Positions 10,436 to 19,089 of a DNA stretch of 52,286 bases are shown piece by piece. The translations under genes were made by a program, and so were the position numbers. Source of the DNA: an uncultured Bacteroides sp. (GTDB taxonomy: Bacteria > Bacteroidota > Bacteroidia > Bacteroidales > Muribaculaceae); NCBI GenBank assembly GCA_964454365.1, contig CAYVTB010000001.1, positions 1-52,286 on the forward strand, written 5' to 3'. Every line of letters starts with the position of its first letter. Position 1 is the first letter of the stretch. Below the pieces are notes generated by a model. That model was not told the DNA's origin and did no database searches. It saw nothing but the letters and a program-made list of their open reading frames with translations.

Positions 10436-12154
10436 ATGAAAAAAGCTTTACTCTTTCTTTCCATGGGTTGCATCTGTGGTGCAATGAACGCCGAAATGGT
10501 TGCTCCCAAGATCTTTGATACCGTCAGTTTCCAGAAAATTTCACCCGACGGTCGTTACATTGTCTCAGAAATGTATGGTCAGGTTCAGATTTTTGACTTA
10601 GTCGAAAACACCGTCTACAACTACATTGACGAGTATGGCACCCAGAGCTGGAGTATCGGCATTGGCAATGCTTTCAGCGAACAGAATATCCTGGTCGGCA
10701 GCGCCGAAATTGACTCTAACACCGCCTACTGGCAGAATGGCAAATGGCATAGCCTTCCTCTCACAGGCGAAGAAAAGAGCAACAACATGGCCAACGGTAT
10801 CACAGCCGACGGATCGCGTATCTGCGGTACTGTGAGCATCGTTGAAATGACTCTTGATGACGCCACCATGACAGTTCCCGTCATGTGGCAGCGCAATGAA
10901 GAAGGCACCTACGACAATTATGTCATCCTTCCTCATCCCGAAGCAGATTATTCGGGCCGCGCTCCCCAGTACGTTACAGCTATCTCTATCAGCCCCGACG
11001 GCAAGACTATCGCCGGTACCGTTACCGACTGCGCCGGCCGTCTCGTTATGCCTATCGTTTATACTGAAAACGAAAACGGCGAGTGGTCCTACAGCCTCCC
11101 CATGGAGAAATTCATCAACCCCAACCACGTTGAACTTCCTCCTTACCCCGGTGAATATCCCATGTGGCCCGATGCAAAAGACTACATGACCGATGAAGAA
11201 ATCGAAGCCTATAACGCAGCTTATGACGAATGGGTAGCGAACTTCTACCAGGGTGAGATGCCCGAATACACCGCCTATATGACGGAAGAGGAAAAGGCCA
11301 GCTATGAAGCAGCCTACGACAACTGGCAGAAAGAAGCTACTGAATTCGAAGAAAAGCAGAGCTTATTCCTCGAGGCTCTCGATGAAATCTGCAGCGCCTC
11401 GACTTCGATTGTCTTCAACAACATCCTCCTCAGTCCCGACGGTAAGCAGATCGCTGTGACAGCCATCACCGTCGTTCCCGATCCCAACAGCTGGATTCCC
11501 GGTGGTACAAAGGAGATTCCCCACATCTGGACAATCGACCTTGCAAGCGGCGAAATCCAGAAGTATGAAGATGCCGAGGCTAACCTCCACGGCTGGTATG
11601 CCGACGGTACCATCACCGCCTGGGGCAACATCTGGGATGCCAATCCTGCGGCTTACATCCTCAAGGACGGCAAATCAACCTCTTTCGTCGACTATATCAA
11701 CGGCATCAACCCCGAACTCCAGGCATGGGTTAAAGAAAATATGACCCACGTTGTCGAGAGCTATGACTGGGAAACCGAGGAAGTTATCCAGGAAGAAGGT
11801 CTTTATGTAGGTCTTCCCCTGTTCTCAGCCGACATGAAAACCCTCGCATGCTGGACTCCTACCATGTGGGACTACGACATCATGTATCAGGGCTATGTCT
11901 TTGACCTCGCTCAGTTCAACGGTGTTAACTCGGCTGTCGCTGCCGGTGATCTCGCAGTATATGTCAACCAGGCCGGTGATATCGTAGTCAACGGCGATGC
12001 TGCCACTCTCCGGGTCTACAACCTCCAGGGCGTGTGCGTGGCAAGTGCTTCCAATGTTTCCGGTGTGGTTGATGTAACACTCGCAAGCGGCGTATATGTT
12101 GTCAAGGCTGTCTCAGCCAACGGCGTTGTAAACGTTGCCAAGGTTGTGAAATAA
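10436..12154 (+). CDS. Secreted beta-propeller-like protein with T9SS C-terminal sorting domain
   Basis: Signal peptide, repeated IS/LSPDG..I blade motifs, and C-terminal VYNLQG...LASGVYVVK...KVVK typical of a T9SS CTD. Confidence 0.7.
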   Translation: MKKALLFLSMGCICGAMNAEMVAPKIFDTVSFQKISPDGRYIVSEMYGQVQIFDLVENTVYNYIDEYGTQSWSIGIGNAFSEQNILVGSAEIDSNTAYWQNGKWHSLPLTGEEKSNNMANGITADGSRICGTVSIVEMTLDDATMTVPVMWQRNEEGTYDNYVILPHPEADYSGRAPQYVTAISISPDGKTIAGTVTDCAGRLVMPIVYTENENGEWSYSLPMEKFINPNHVELPPYPGEYPMWPDAKDYMTDEEIEAYNAAYDEWVANFYQGEMPEYTAYMTEEEKASYEAAYDNWQKEATEFEEKQSLFLEALDEICSASTSIVFNNILLSPDGKQIAVTAITVVPDPNSWIPGGTKEIPHIWTIDLASGEIQKYEDAEANLHGWYADGTITAWGNIWDANPAAYILKDGKSTSFVDYINGINPELQAWVKENMTHVVESYDWETEEVIQEEGLYVGLPLFSADMKTLACWTPTMWDYDIMYQGYVFDLAQFNGVNSAVAAGDLAVYVNQAGDIVVNGDAATLRVYNLQGVCVASASNVSGVVDVTLASGVYVVKAVSANGVVNVAKVVK

Positions 12155-12182
12155 TATAACGACTTTATAAATACTCATTTAA

Positions 12183-12223
12183 ATTCACTACAAAGGACCT
12201 TCGGGCCCTTTGTGGTGAGTTTT
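12183..12223 (+). terminator. UUCG-tetraloop hairpin between the propeller gene and tlpA
   Basis: ATTCACTACAAAGGACC-TTCG-GGCCCTTTGTGGTGAGT followed by TTT. Confidence 0.6.
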
Positions 12224-12236
12224 GATTAAAAAGACG

Positions 12237-12734
12237 ATGAAAAAACTACTGACACTTTGCGTAGCCGCCTGTCTCGGTCTCGCATTATCTTTCCAAGCTG
12301 CAGCTCAGCTTCCTGCAGTACAACTCAAAGACCTCCGTGGACGCACGGTCAATACCACTCAGATCAATAACGACGGGAAGCCCTATGTCATCAGTTTCTT
12401 CGCTACCTGGTGTAAACCCTGCATGCGTGAGCTCAAGGCTATCGCCGAGGTATATCCCGACTGGCAGGAAGAAACCGGAATGAAAATGTATATTGTTTCC
12501 ATCGACGACGCCCAGAATCTCTCGAAAGTTCGTCCCCTGGTCGATACCGAAGGTTGGGAATACGAGGTGCTCCTCGATACCAATAATGACCTTTTCCGCG
12601 CCCTGGGCCTCCAGACCGTCCCCCACGTTCTCGTGTTTGACGGCTCCGGCAAGATGATTATGAATCACTCGGGTTATACCGACGGTTCTGAAACCGAAAT
12701 AATCGAGACTATCCGTAAATCACTCAATAAATGA
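12237..12734 (+). CDS. TlpA-family thiol-disulfide oxidoreductase (exported)
   Basis: FFATWCKPC active site and cis-Pro-type TVP. Signal peptide ends AAA-Q. ATG at 12237. Confidence 0.93.
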   Translation: MKKLLTLCVAACLGLALSFQAAAQLPAVQLKDLRGRTVNTTQINNDGKPYVISFFATWCKPCMRELKAIAEVYPDWQEETGMKMYIVSIDDAQNLSKVRPLVDTEGWEYEVLLDTNNDLFRALGLQTVPHVLVFDGSGKMIMNHSGYTDGSETEIIETIRKSLNK

Positions 12735-14407
12735 CCCGCCGCGTCGTAAACTCAGTGGCCGCCGCGACACTGGCTCTGGCCGCAATCCCCTACTCTGCCG
12801 AGGCAATTAACATCGGCAAGGATAATGGTGTGGCCCTGCACGGCAGCGTGCAGGCCGATGTCCTATTCCCCCAGGAAGACGAAGCCATCAACACCGGTAC
12901 TTATGATCACAAGGTGCTGTTCAACACCTATGCCGACCTCAATCTCACAAGCAGATATGTAGACGCAGGTGCCCGGCTCGAGTTCATGAAATGGCCTCTT
13001 CCCGGCTATGAGAACGACTTTAAAGGCTGGGGCGTTCCCCACATCTACGCAAAGGGCCGTTATAAAGGCTTTGAACTCACGGCCGGCGACTTCTATGAGC
13101 AGTTTGGCAACGGTTTCATTCTGCGTACTTACGAAGAACGTTCGCTCGGCATCGACAACTCCATCCGTGGCGGGCGGCTCAAGGTAACTGCCGTCCCGGG
13201 CCTGCGACTGACAGCCCTTGGCGGACTTCAGAGACGCTACTGGGACTGGAAAAAATCATCTCAGGTCTACGGTGCCGATGCCGAAGTAATGTTACAGGAT
13301 GTGTTCCGTGGCCTGGCTAAGCACGATCTTTCGTGGACATTCGGCGCATCTTATGTCCTCAAGCATGAAGACGACCAGGATGTCACCATCGCCGGCACTG
13401 ATCTGCGACTTAATCTTCCTAAGAGTGTGAGCGCCTTTGACCTGCGTTCACAGTTCATGAAAGGCAATTTCTCCGTTCTCGGTGAATTTGCATGGAAAGG
13501 TCAGGATCCCTCCTTTGACAACGACTACACCTATGGCAAAGGAACAGCTGTGATGTTGAGCGCATCTTATTCAAAATCAGGTCTCAGCGCCCTAATTCAG
13601 GCCAAGCGCAGCGAGAACATGGCATTCCGCTCCCAACGTCTGATGTCAGGCACCTCGGCGTTCCTGAACAATATGCCCGCCTTCTCCTATCTGCACACTT
13701 ATGCATTGCCTTCCCTCTACCCCTATGCTACCCAGGCAGCCCCGGGCGAATGGGCTTTCCAGGGTGCCTTCGGTTATAACTTCAAGCGCCGCACCGCGCT
13801 TGGCGGCAAATACGGCACCAAATTAAAGCTGAACATCAGCTATATCCGCGGCCTCAATCACGGCACACCCGACTTCATCATCGATGGCGTCGTGAGCGGC
13901 ACCGACGGGACTCCTACAAAGTTCTTCGGCATGGGCGAGGCTTATTACCACGACATCAATCTCATTGTCGAGAAAAAATGGTCATCCTCTGTTTCTCAGA
14001 ACTTCATGTACATGAATCAGATGTACAACATGGATGTCATCGAGGGACATGGCGGCCGCGTCAAATCTAACATTTTCGTTGTCGACACCAAGTGGAAAAT
14101 CGACAACAGATTCACCCTCCGCAACGAGCTCCAGTACCTGCACACCCGCCAGGACCAGAAAGACTGGCTCTACGGACTGCTCGAGCTCTCGATAGCTCCC
14201 TACATGATGGTCACCGTCAGCGACATGTGGAACTGCGGCACCACCGGCAGCCACTACTACAATTTCGGCGTAGCCGGCAACTATCGGTCCAACCGACTGA
14301 CTCTGAGCTATGGTCGCACCCGCGCAGGCTTTAACTGTTCGGGCGGTGTCTGCCGCTATGTACCGGCGACCCATGGTTTCCAGATTGGATATGCATATAC
14401 ATTTTAA
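12731..14407 (+). CDS. DUF6029-like outer-membrane beta-barrel protein
   Basis: Signal peptide, GDFYEQFGNG.ILR..EERSLGIDN, amphipathic strands, C-terminal CSGGVCR and beta-signal GFQIGYAYTF. Confidence 0.8.
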   Translation: MTRRVVNSVAAATLALAAIPYSAEAINIGKDNGVALHGSVQADVLFPQEDEAINTGTYDHKVLFNTYADLNLTSRYVDAGARLEFMKWPLPGYENDFKGWGVPHIYAKGRYKGFELTAGDFYEQFGNGFILRTYEERSLGIDNSIRGGRLKVTAVPGLRLTALGGLQRRYWDWKKSSQVYGADAEVMLQDVFRGLAKHDLSWTFGASYVLKHEDDQDVTIAGTDLRLNLPKSVSAFDLRSQFMKGNFSVLGEFAWKGQDPSFDNDYTYGKGTAVMLSASYSKSGLSALIQAKRSENMAFRSQRLMSGTSAFLNNMPAFSYLHTYALPSLYPYATQAAPGEWAFQGAFGYNFKRRTALGGKYGTKLKLNISYIRGLNHGTPDFIIDGVVSGTDGTPTKFFGMGEAYYHDINLIVEKKWSSSVSQNFMYMNQMYNMDVIEGHGGRVKSNIFVVDTKWKIDNRFTLRNELQYLHTRQDQKDWLYGLLELSIAPYMMVTVSDMWNCGTTGSHYYNFGVAGNYRSNRLTLSYGRTRAGFNCSGGVCRYVPATHGFQIGYAYTF

Positions 14408-14431
14408 AACAACAATATTACACGAAAATCA

Positions 14432-15247
14432 ATGAAAAAAGCCCTTCTCTCTCTCTTGGCTTCCTCCATGCTGCTCTCCTGCAGCGATATCTCCACTGAC
14501 GACCGCTACATTTCTCAGGACAGCGTTGAAGCTCAGCGTGCGGTCCTTATCGAAGACTTCACAGGCCAGAACTGCGTTAACTGCCCTGCCGCTCACGATA
14601 TACTTGAAAAGCTCAGCACGCAGTATGGCGCGATGGTTATCCCCGTCAGTATCCATGCAGGCGGGTTTGGCATTTCTGTTGAATCGACCCGCTACACGGG
14701 CTTGATGACACCCGAGGGCGACATTTATAACGATGCCTGGGGCATCACCGAGTGGCCCAAAGGCGTAGTCAATCGCCACGGCGCTCCTTCCAACGCCTCC
14801 GACTGGGCTGCATTAGTTCGCACAGAAATTGCCCGTCCCACCACCCTTGCAATCGACCTTGAAGCCGGTCTCAGCGACGACGAATCGACGGTAACCGCTA
14901 CCGTCGTTCTAAAGCCTACAGCCAACATCACAGGCAAGTTGCAGGTGTGGATTCTTGAAGACGGTATCGTAGCTTTCCAGAAGGATGACGAGCGCGGACG
15001 CATCCCCGACTATGTCCACAACCATGTCTATCGTGCATCGGTCAACGGTGTCGGCGGCGAAGCTGTCGTGCTTCAGTCCATGATTCACAAAACATTGACT
15101 TTCTCCATCCCCGTGCGCGATACCGAGCACGAACACTGGAACGCTCACAACCTCTCGGTCGTTGCATTCGTCTATGACGACTCGGAAGTACTTCAGGCTG
15201 CCAAGGCCCATGTGTGGACCGACCCTGACTCAGAAACAACCAATTAA
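14432..15247 (+). CDS. Omp28-family outer-membrane lipoprotein (thioredoxin-like)
   Basis: Lipobox LLS-C-SDISTDD, VLIEDFTGQNCVNCP, YVHNHVYR and LSVVAFV. Confidence 0.9.
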   Translation: MKKALLSLLASSMLLSCSDISTDDRYISQDSVEAQRAVLIEDFTGQNCVNCPAAHDILEKLSTQYGAMVIPVSIHAGGFGISVESTRYTGLMTPEGDIYNDAWGITEWPKGVVNRHGAPSNASDWAALVRTEIARPTTLAIDLEAGLSDDESTVTATVVLKPTANITGKLQVWILEDGIVAFQKDDERGRIPDYVHNHVYRASVNGVGGEAVVLQSMIHKTLTFSIPVRDTEHEHWNAHNLSVVAFVYDDSEVLQAAKAHVWTDPDSETTN

Positions 15248-15256
15248 TTATTATAA

Positions 15257-15940
15257 ATGAAGAAATTTTACTTATTACTCTGCGCTGCGGCCCTCGGCTT
15301 GACCGCTCAGGCCCGCCAGCTCACATTCTACATCGGCGACCAGGTCATCACACCCGGTTCTACAGTAGAATTCTCTGACATCCTCATCGAGGAAGAAGGT
15401 GGTGTACAGTATGTAACAATGGCTCCGTCGCTGTCGCTCGGCACCGATCTTTATATGAAGGTCGACATTGTAGCCGACTGCACGTCGGGCCAGACTATCC
15501 AGATGTGTGCCGGCGGTGCATGCTCTACCGGTACAAAGGTCGTTAAAGAAGGCGTCGCTATTTCAACCGGCGCAAAGGTTCCCCTCAAATTCGAGTATGA
15601 AGACGAATTTGACAGCGGTGTAACCATTCCCGACGTTACGACATCTTTCTCTGCCGTATGCCCCGACTACCCCGAGACCAAGATTGAATTTGTTCTCGTG
15701 ATGGGTAGCGAGCTCAATTCTCTTACAGTTATCGAGACTCCCGCAGAGCTCAAGGTCGTTCCCGGCGCTATCGAGTACAATGTAACTTCCGCAACGGAAT
15801 TCTCGCTGTACAACGCAGCCGGCACCTGTGTCCTGAACACTACTCTCAAGGGCAACGGAGCGGTTGCAACCGATTCTCTGGCTGCAGGCATCTATGTTTA
15901 CGCTCTCGGTGCCAAGACCGGTAAAATATATGTAAAGTAA
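15257..15940 (+). CDS. Small secreted protein with T9SS CTD and CxGGxC motif
   Basis: Signal peptide, QMCAGGAC, and C-terminal LYNAAG...LAAGIYVY...KIYVK. Confidence 0.7.
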   Translation: MKKFYLLLCAAALGLTAQARQLTFYIGDQVITPGSTVEFSDILIEEEGGVQYVTMAPSLSLGTDLYMKVDIVADCTSGQTIQMCAGGACSTGTKVVKEGVAISTGAKVPLKFEYEDEFDSGVTIPDVTTSFSAVCPDYPETKIEFVLVMGSELNSLTVIETPAELKVVPGAIEYNVTSATEFSLYNAAGTCVLNTTLKGNGAVATDSLAAGIYVYALGAKTGKIYVK

Positions 15941-15965
15941 TTTAAATCAATTATATCGCAGAACT

Positions 15966-17888
15966 ATGAAGAAAAGTATCCTTATCGTTGCGGCTGCCAT
16001 CACCGCGATGAGTGCCTCGGCATTTGACCTTGCCCCGCGTCATCTCGTCGCCCCTGTACCCGCAAATATGGAAAGTGCGACCATCGAGTTGCCTGCAGCC
16101 CGCATGTCTGCCCCCGCCAAGGCTGCCGATGAGATTTTGTCAATGAATTTCAGTCCCGCCTCCCAGCCCTATCAGGCAATGGGCTTCCAGGATCTGCCTA
16201 TTGGCACAAAGTATGGACAGGCTTTTGAATTCACTGCCACCAATGCCAACTCTTTTGCCGGAAACAGCATCACTGATATTTATTTCTGGACTGGTGTCAA
16301 CAATAAAACCGGCGTCAACAACATCCGCAAAGCAACCGTTTTCCTTGCCGAGGATATTGATGCCACTCCCTTCTATACTCAGGTAGTTGAACTTCCCTCG
16401 TCTCGCTTCACTCCCGTGAATGTTCACCTTGACACTCCCTATGAAATCACGGCCGGCAAAAGGATCTTCGTCGGTACTATTTGCGCAATTTCCGCCTCAG
16501 ACGATTTTCCTCTCGTGGTCGACTATATTAACCATGGCTCTGATGATGTCGGCGGTTGGGTAGGTTTACAGGAGTATGGTTCCAACCAAATGGTCTGGGA
16601 TAACTATTCAACCCAGATAGGTTTCGTAACCATCGGTGTTACAATCCAGGGCAACGCCCTTCCCACCGACATGGTTTCAATTGACGATTATTTTGTATCA
16701 CCCGTTGTCTACACCAGTGAAGGCTTTGAGCTCGATCTTTTCCTCACCAACAATGCCGCAAACACTGTCAAGGACGTAGACATTGAGATTCAGGTCGGTG
16801 ACCAGGCTCCTGAAACTATCAATAAAAAGCTAGATAATGCTCTCGGATTCAACGGTCAGGATATTATTGCCATCAACGGTCTTTTCTATCCCAACGCCAC
16901 AAAGGATGTAACGGTAAAGGCTACTATCACCAAGATCAACGGTAATGATAATACAGATGCCAACAAAGGACTTGAAACATCCATTTCTGTCGTTGACCCC
17001 GATAAGAGTTTCAACCGCAATGTAGTGATCGAAGAATTCACCGGTATCTGGTGTGGTTACTGCCCCATGGGTATCGTCGCCATGGAATATATCCGTGAAA
17101 ACAACAACAACTATTCCTATATTCCCGTAGCAATCCACATTCAGGATGCCCTCTCGGCTACATCCTTCTCAAAGGTAATCAATAACTATAGTGGCGAAGG
17201 CGTGCCCTCGGCAATTCTCAACCGCTGGCAGAGCTCATATCCTTCCCTCGACTACGGCATGCTCGAAGACCTCGAATTTGTAGCTTCTATTCCCGCAATC
17301 GCCACCGTCAACGGCTCTGCCGTCTTCGATGCAGAAACCAAGACAATCCGGGTCGATACCGAGACTCAGTTCTCGTATGACTACACCGACGGCGACAAGA
17401 ACTTCATCCTCAGCTACGCTATTACTGAAGATAATGTAGGTCCCTACAATCAGACCAACTATTACAGCGGTACAAACGAGCTCCCCGGCTGGGGCAATAA
17501 GGGCGAAACTGTCTCGACCATTTACAACGACGTTGCCCGTCAGCTTGATAAATACTCCGGTATTACAGGTTCTGTCCCCGCTAACATCACCAGCGGCGAG
17601 ACCTATTCATTCTCTCACACCATCAATGCCGTTTCTGCCATCAAGAATTTCGAAAACTGCAATGTAGTTGTTTATCTGACCAATATCAAGACCGGCGTCA
17701 TCGAGAACGCCTGCTGGCTCACCAAGGGTAACAACTACAGCGGCGTTAACGACATCCGTCAGGACAATGTAGACGAAAACGCTCCCGTTGAATACTATAA
17801 CCTCCAGGGCATCCGCGTTGCCGAGCCCACCAACGGCCTCTACATCCGTCGCCAGGGCAACACCACCTCCAAGGTTATTATCAAATAA
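15966..17888 (+). CDS. Omp28-related thioredoxin-domain protein with T9SS CTD
   Basis: Signal peptide, VVIEEFTGIWCGYCP, ITED, YNDVAR, and a short CTD EYYNLQG...GLYIRRQG...KVIIK. Confidence 0.85.
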   Translation: MKKSILIVAAAITAMSASAFDLAPRHLVAPVPANMESATIELPAARMSAPAKAADEILSMNFSPASQPYQAMGFQDLPIGTKYGQAFEFTATNANSFAGNSITDIYFWTGVNNKTGVNNIRKATVFLAEDIDATPFYTQVVELPSSRFTPVNVHLDTPYEITAGKRIFVGTICAISASDDFPLVVDYINHGSDDVGGWVGLQEYGSNQMVWDNYSTQIGFVTIGVTIQGNALPTDMVSIDDYFVSPVVYTSEGFELDLFLTNNAANTVKDVDIEIQVGDQAPETINKKLDNALGFNGQDIIAINGLFYPNATKDVTVKATITKINGNDNTDANKGLETSISVVDPDKSFNRNVVIEEFTGIWCGYCPMGIVAMEYIRENNNNYSYIPVAIHIQDALSATSFSKVINNYSGEGVPSAILNRWQSSYPSLDYGMLEDLEFVASIPAIATVNGSAVFDAETKTIRVDTETQFSYDYTDGDKNFILSYAITEDNVGPYNQTNYYSGTNELPGWGNKGETVSTIYNDVARQLDKYSGITGSVPANITSGETYSFSHTINAVSAIKNFENCNVVVYLTNIKTGVIENACWLTKGNNYSGVNDIRQDNVDENAPVEYYNLQGIRVAEPTNGLYIRRQGNTTSKVIIK

Positions 17889-17912
17889 GATAAACTAAAC
17901 CTCAATGACAGC

Positions 17913-17989
17913 CAAGGGCCGGCACCTTCACGGGAGCCGGCCCTTGTTGTAGAAAATAACATCTCCGCCCATAAGAGGAACGGAGATGT
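17913..17989. terminator. Two tandem hairpins terminating convergent genes
   Basis: CAAGGGCCGGC/GCCGGCCCTTG (17913-17946) and ACATCTCCG/CGGAGATGT (17959-17989). Confidence 0.75.
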
Positions 17990-18039
17990 CTCGCAGAATT
18001 ATATATAACATTCAACCATAAAGGTCAGGGAAGTATTCA

Positions 18040-18963
18040 TTATTCGACTGTTACGCGGGCCGAAGCGAATACGTTGAGGCCTAATTTATTTGCAATTTCC
18101 TCGATGGCCTTAGCTGCACGGACAGATGTACCGTTGCAGTCAAGCTTGGGACTGTAGGCTGCGATTGCACCGAATCCGGGAAGAATTGCCAGAATCAGAC
18201 CGCTGCGGCTGCTCTTGGCGGGCAGACCTGTGCGCATCATCCATGCACGAGTTTCTTTCTTGGGGCCTTTCACTGCTGCAAGAGTGACGACTCTCGAAGC
18301 GATAGAACCGTCGAAAGCATATTCTTTAGTCACAGGATTGAGACCGTCGGCTGCGATAGTTGCACCCATCGTTGCAAGCTGCTGGGCACTGGCCTTCTGA
18401 GAAATCAGTCTCACATAGAGGTCAATAGCAGTTGCAGCATTGTCATAGAGGGTGAACTCGGCAGCAGCCAGCTTATTCTCTGTATCGGCTGCCTCAACCT
18501 CTGACTTTATTTTTTCATAAAGCTTTACGTCAAACTCAGGCGCACTCGCCGCGAGGTTGATGAAGTTGTTAACCATAATATCCATCTTGCCGTCGGGATC
18601 GCCCTGAGGCACGATGGCGCTAACTGCACGGATACCGTGGCGGCTTACCGGTATTTCAGGTTTTGCCTTGCGGTCGGCGTGGCATACACCCGTACCGCTC
18701 TTCTTCACGAGTTCGTCAGGAGTATTCTGAGTCAGAAGAATCACGGATGTAGGAATCTTGGCAATTTCACCGATAGGAGCGGTCAAACTGCTGTCACCCT
18801 TGTTAATCATTCGTCCGTCGGTCAGAACGACACTGATACCGAAATCTTTCTCGGTACCGGTGGCATAAGTTGAATCGACAGTACCTTCTGAATTTGACTT
18901 GTTGTTTTCATAAGCGTCATAAACCGCTTTTTCAACATCAGTAAAGCTTATTTTTCTTTCCAT
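18040..18963 (-). CDS. Glutaminase-like protein with degenerate active site
   Basis: Glutaminase scaffold motifs FGISVVLTDG, QLATMGATIAADGLNP, GLPAKS and IAAYSPKLD. The catalytic SxxK reads EIAK. Confidence 0.85.
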   Translation of the reverse strand: MERKISFTDVEKAVYDAYENNKSNSEGTVDSTYATGTEKDFGISVVLTDGRMINKGDSSLTAPIGEIAKIPTSVILLTQNTPDELVKKSGTGVCHADRKAKPEIPVSRHGIRAVSAIVPQGDPDGKMDIMVNNFINLAASAPEFDVKLYEKIKSEVEAADTENKLAAAEFTLYDNAATAIDLYVRLISQKASAQQLATMGATIAADGLNPVTKEYAFDGSIASRVVTLAAVKGPKKETRAWMMRTGLPAKSSRSGLILAILPGFGAIAAYSPKLDCNGTSVRAAKAIEEIANKLGLNVFASARVTVE

Positions 18964-19089
18964 AATGTTATGTGTTTTTTATATACGTTTATATACGTTA
19001 GGTGTCTTTCTTTATTTCTAAGTCAATAATAGAACGTCTCACAACTCTCAAAGTTGCGAGAAAAGCCAAATTCTTAAAAAATATTCGGT

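Noticed and set aside
12237-17888. Possible selenocysteine (in-frame TGA) in the redox motifs
   Set aside because: All motif cysteines are TGT or TGC and the ORFs are uninterrupted.
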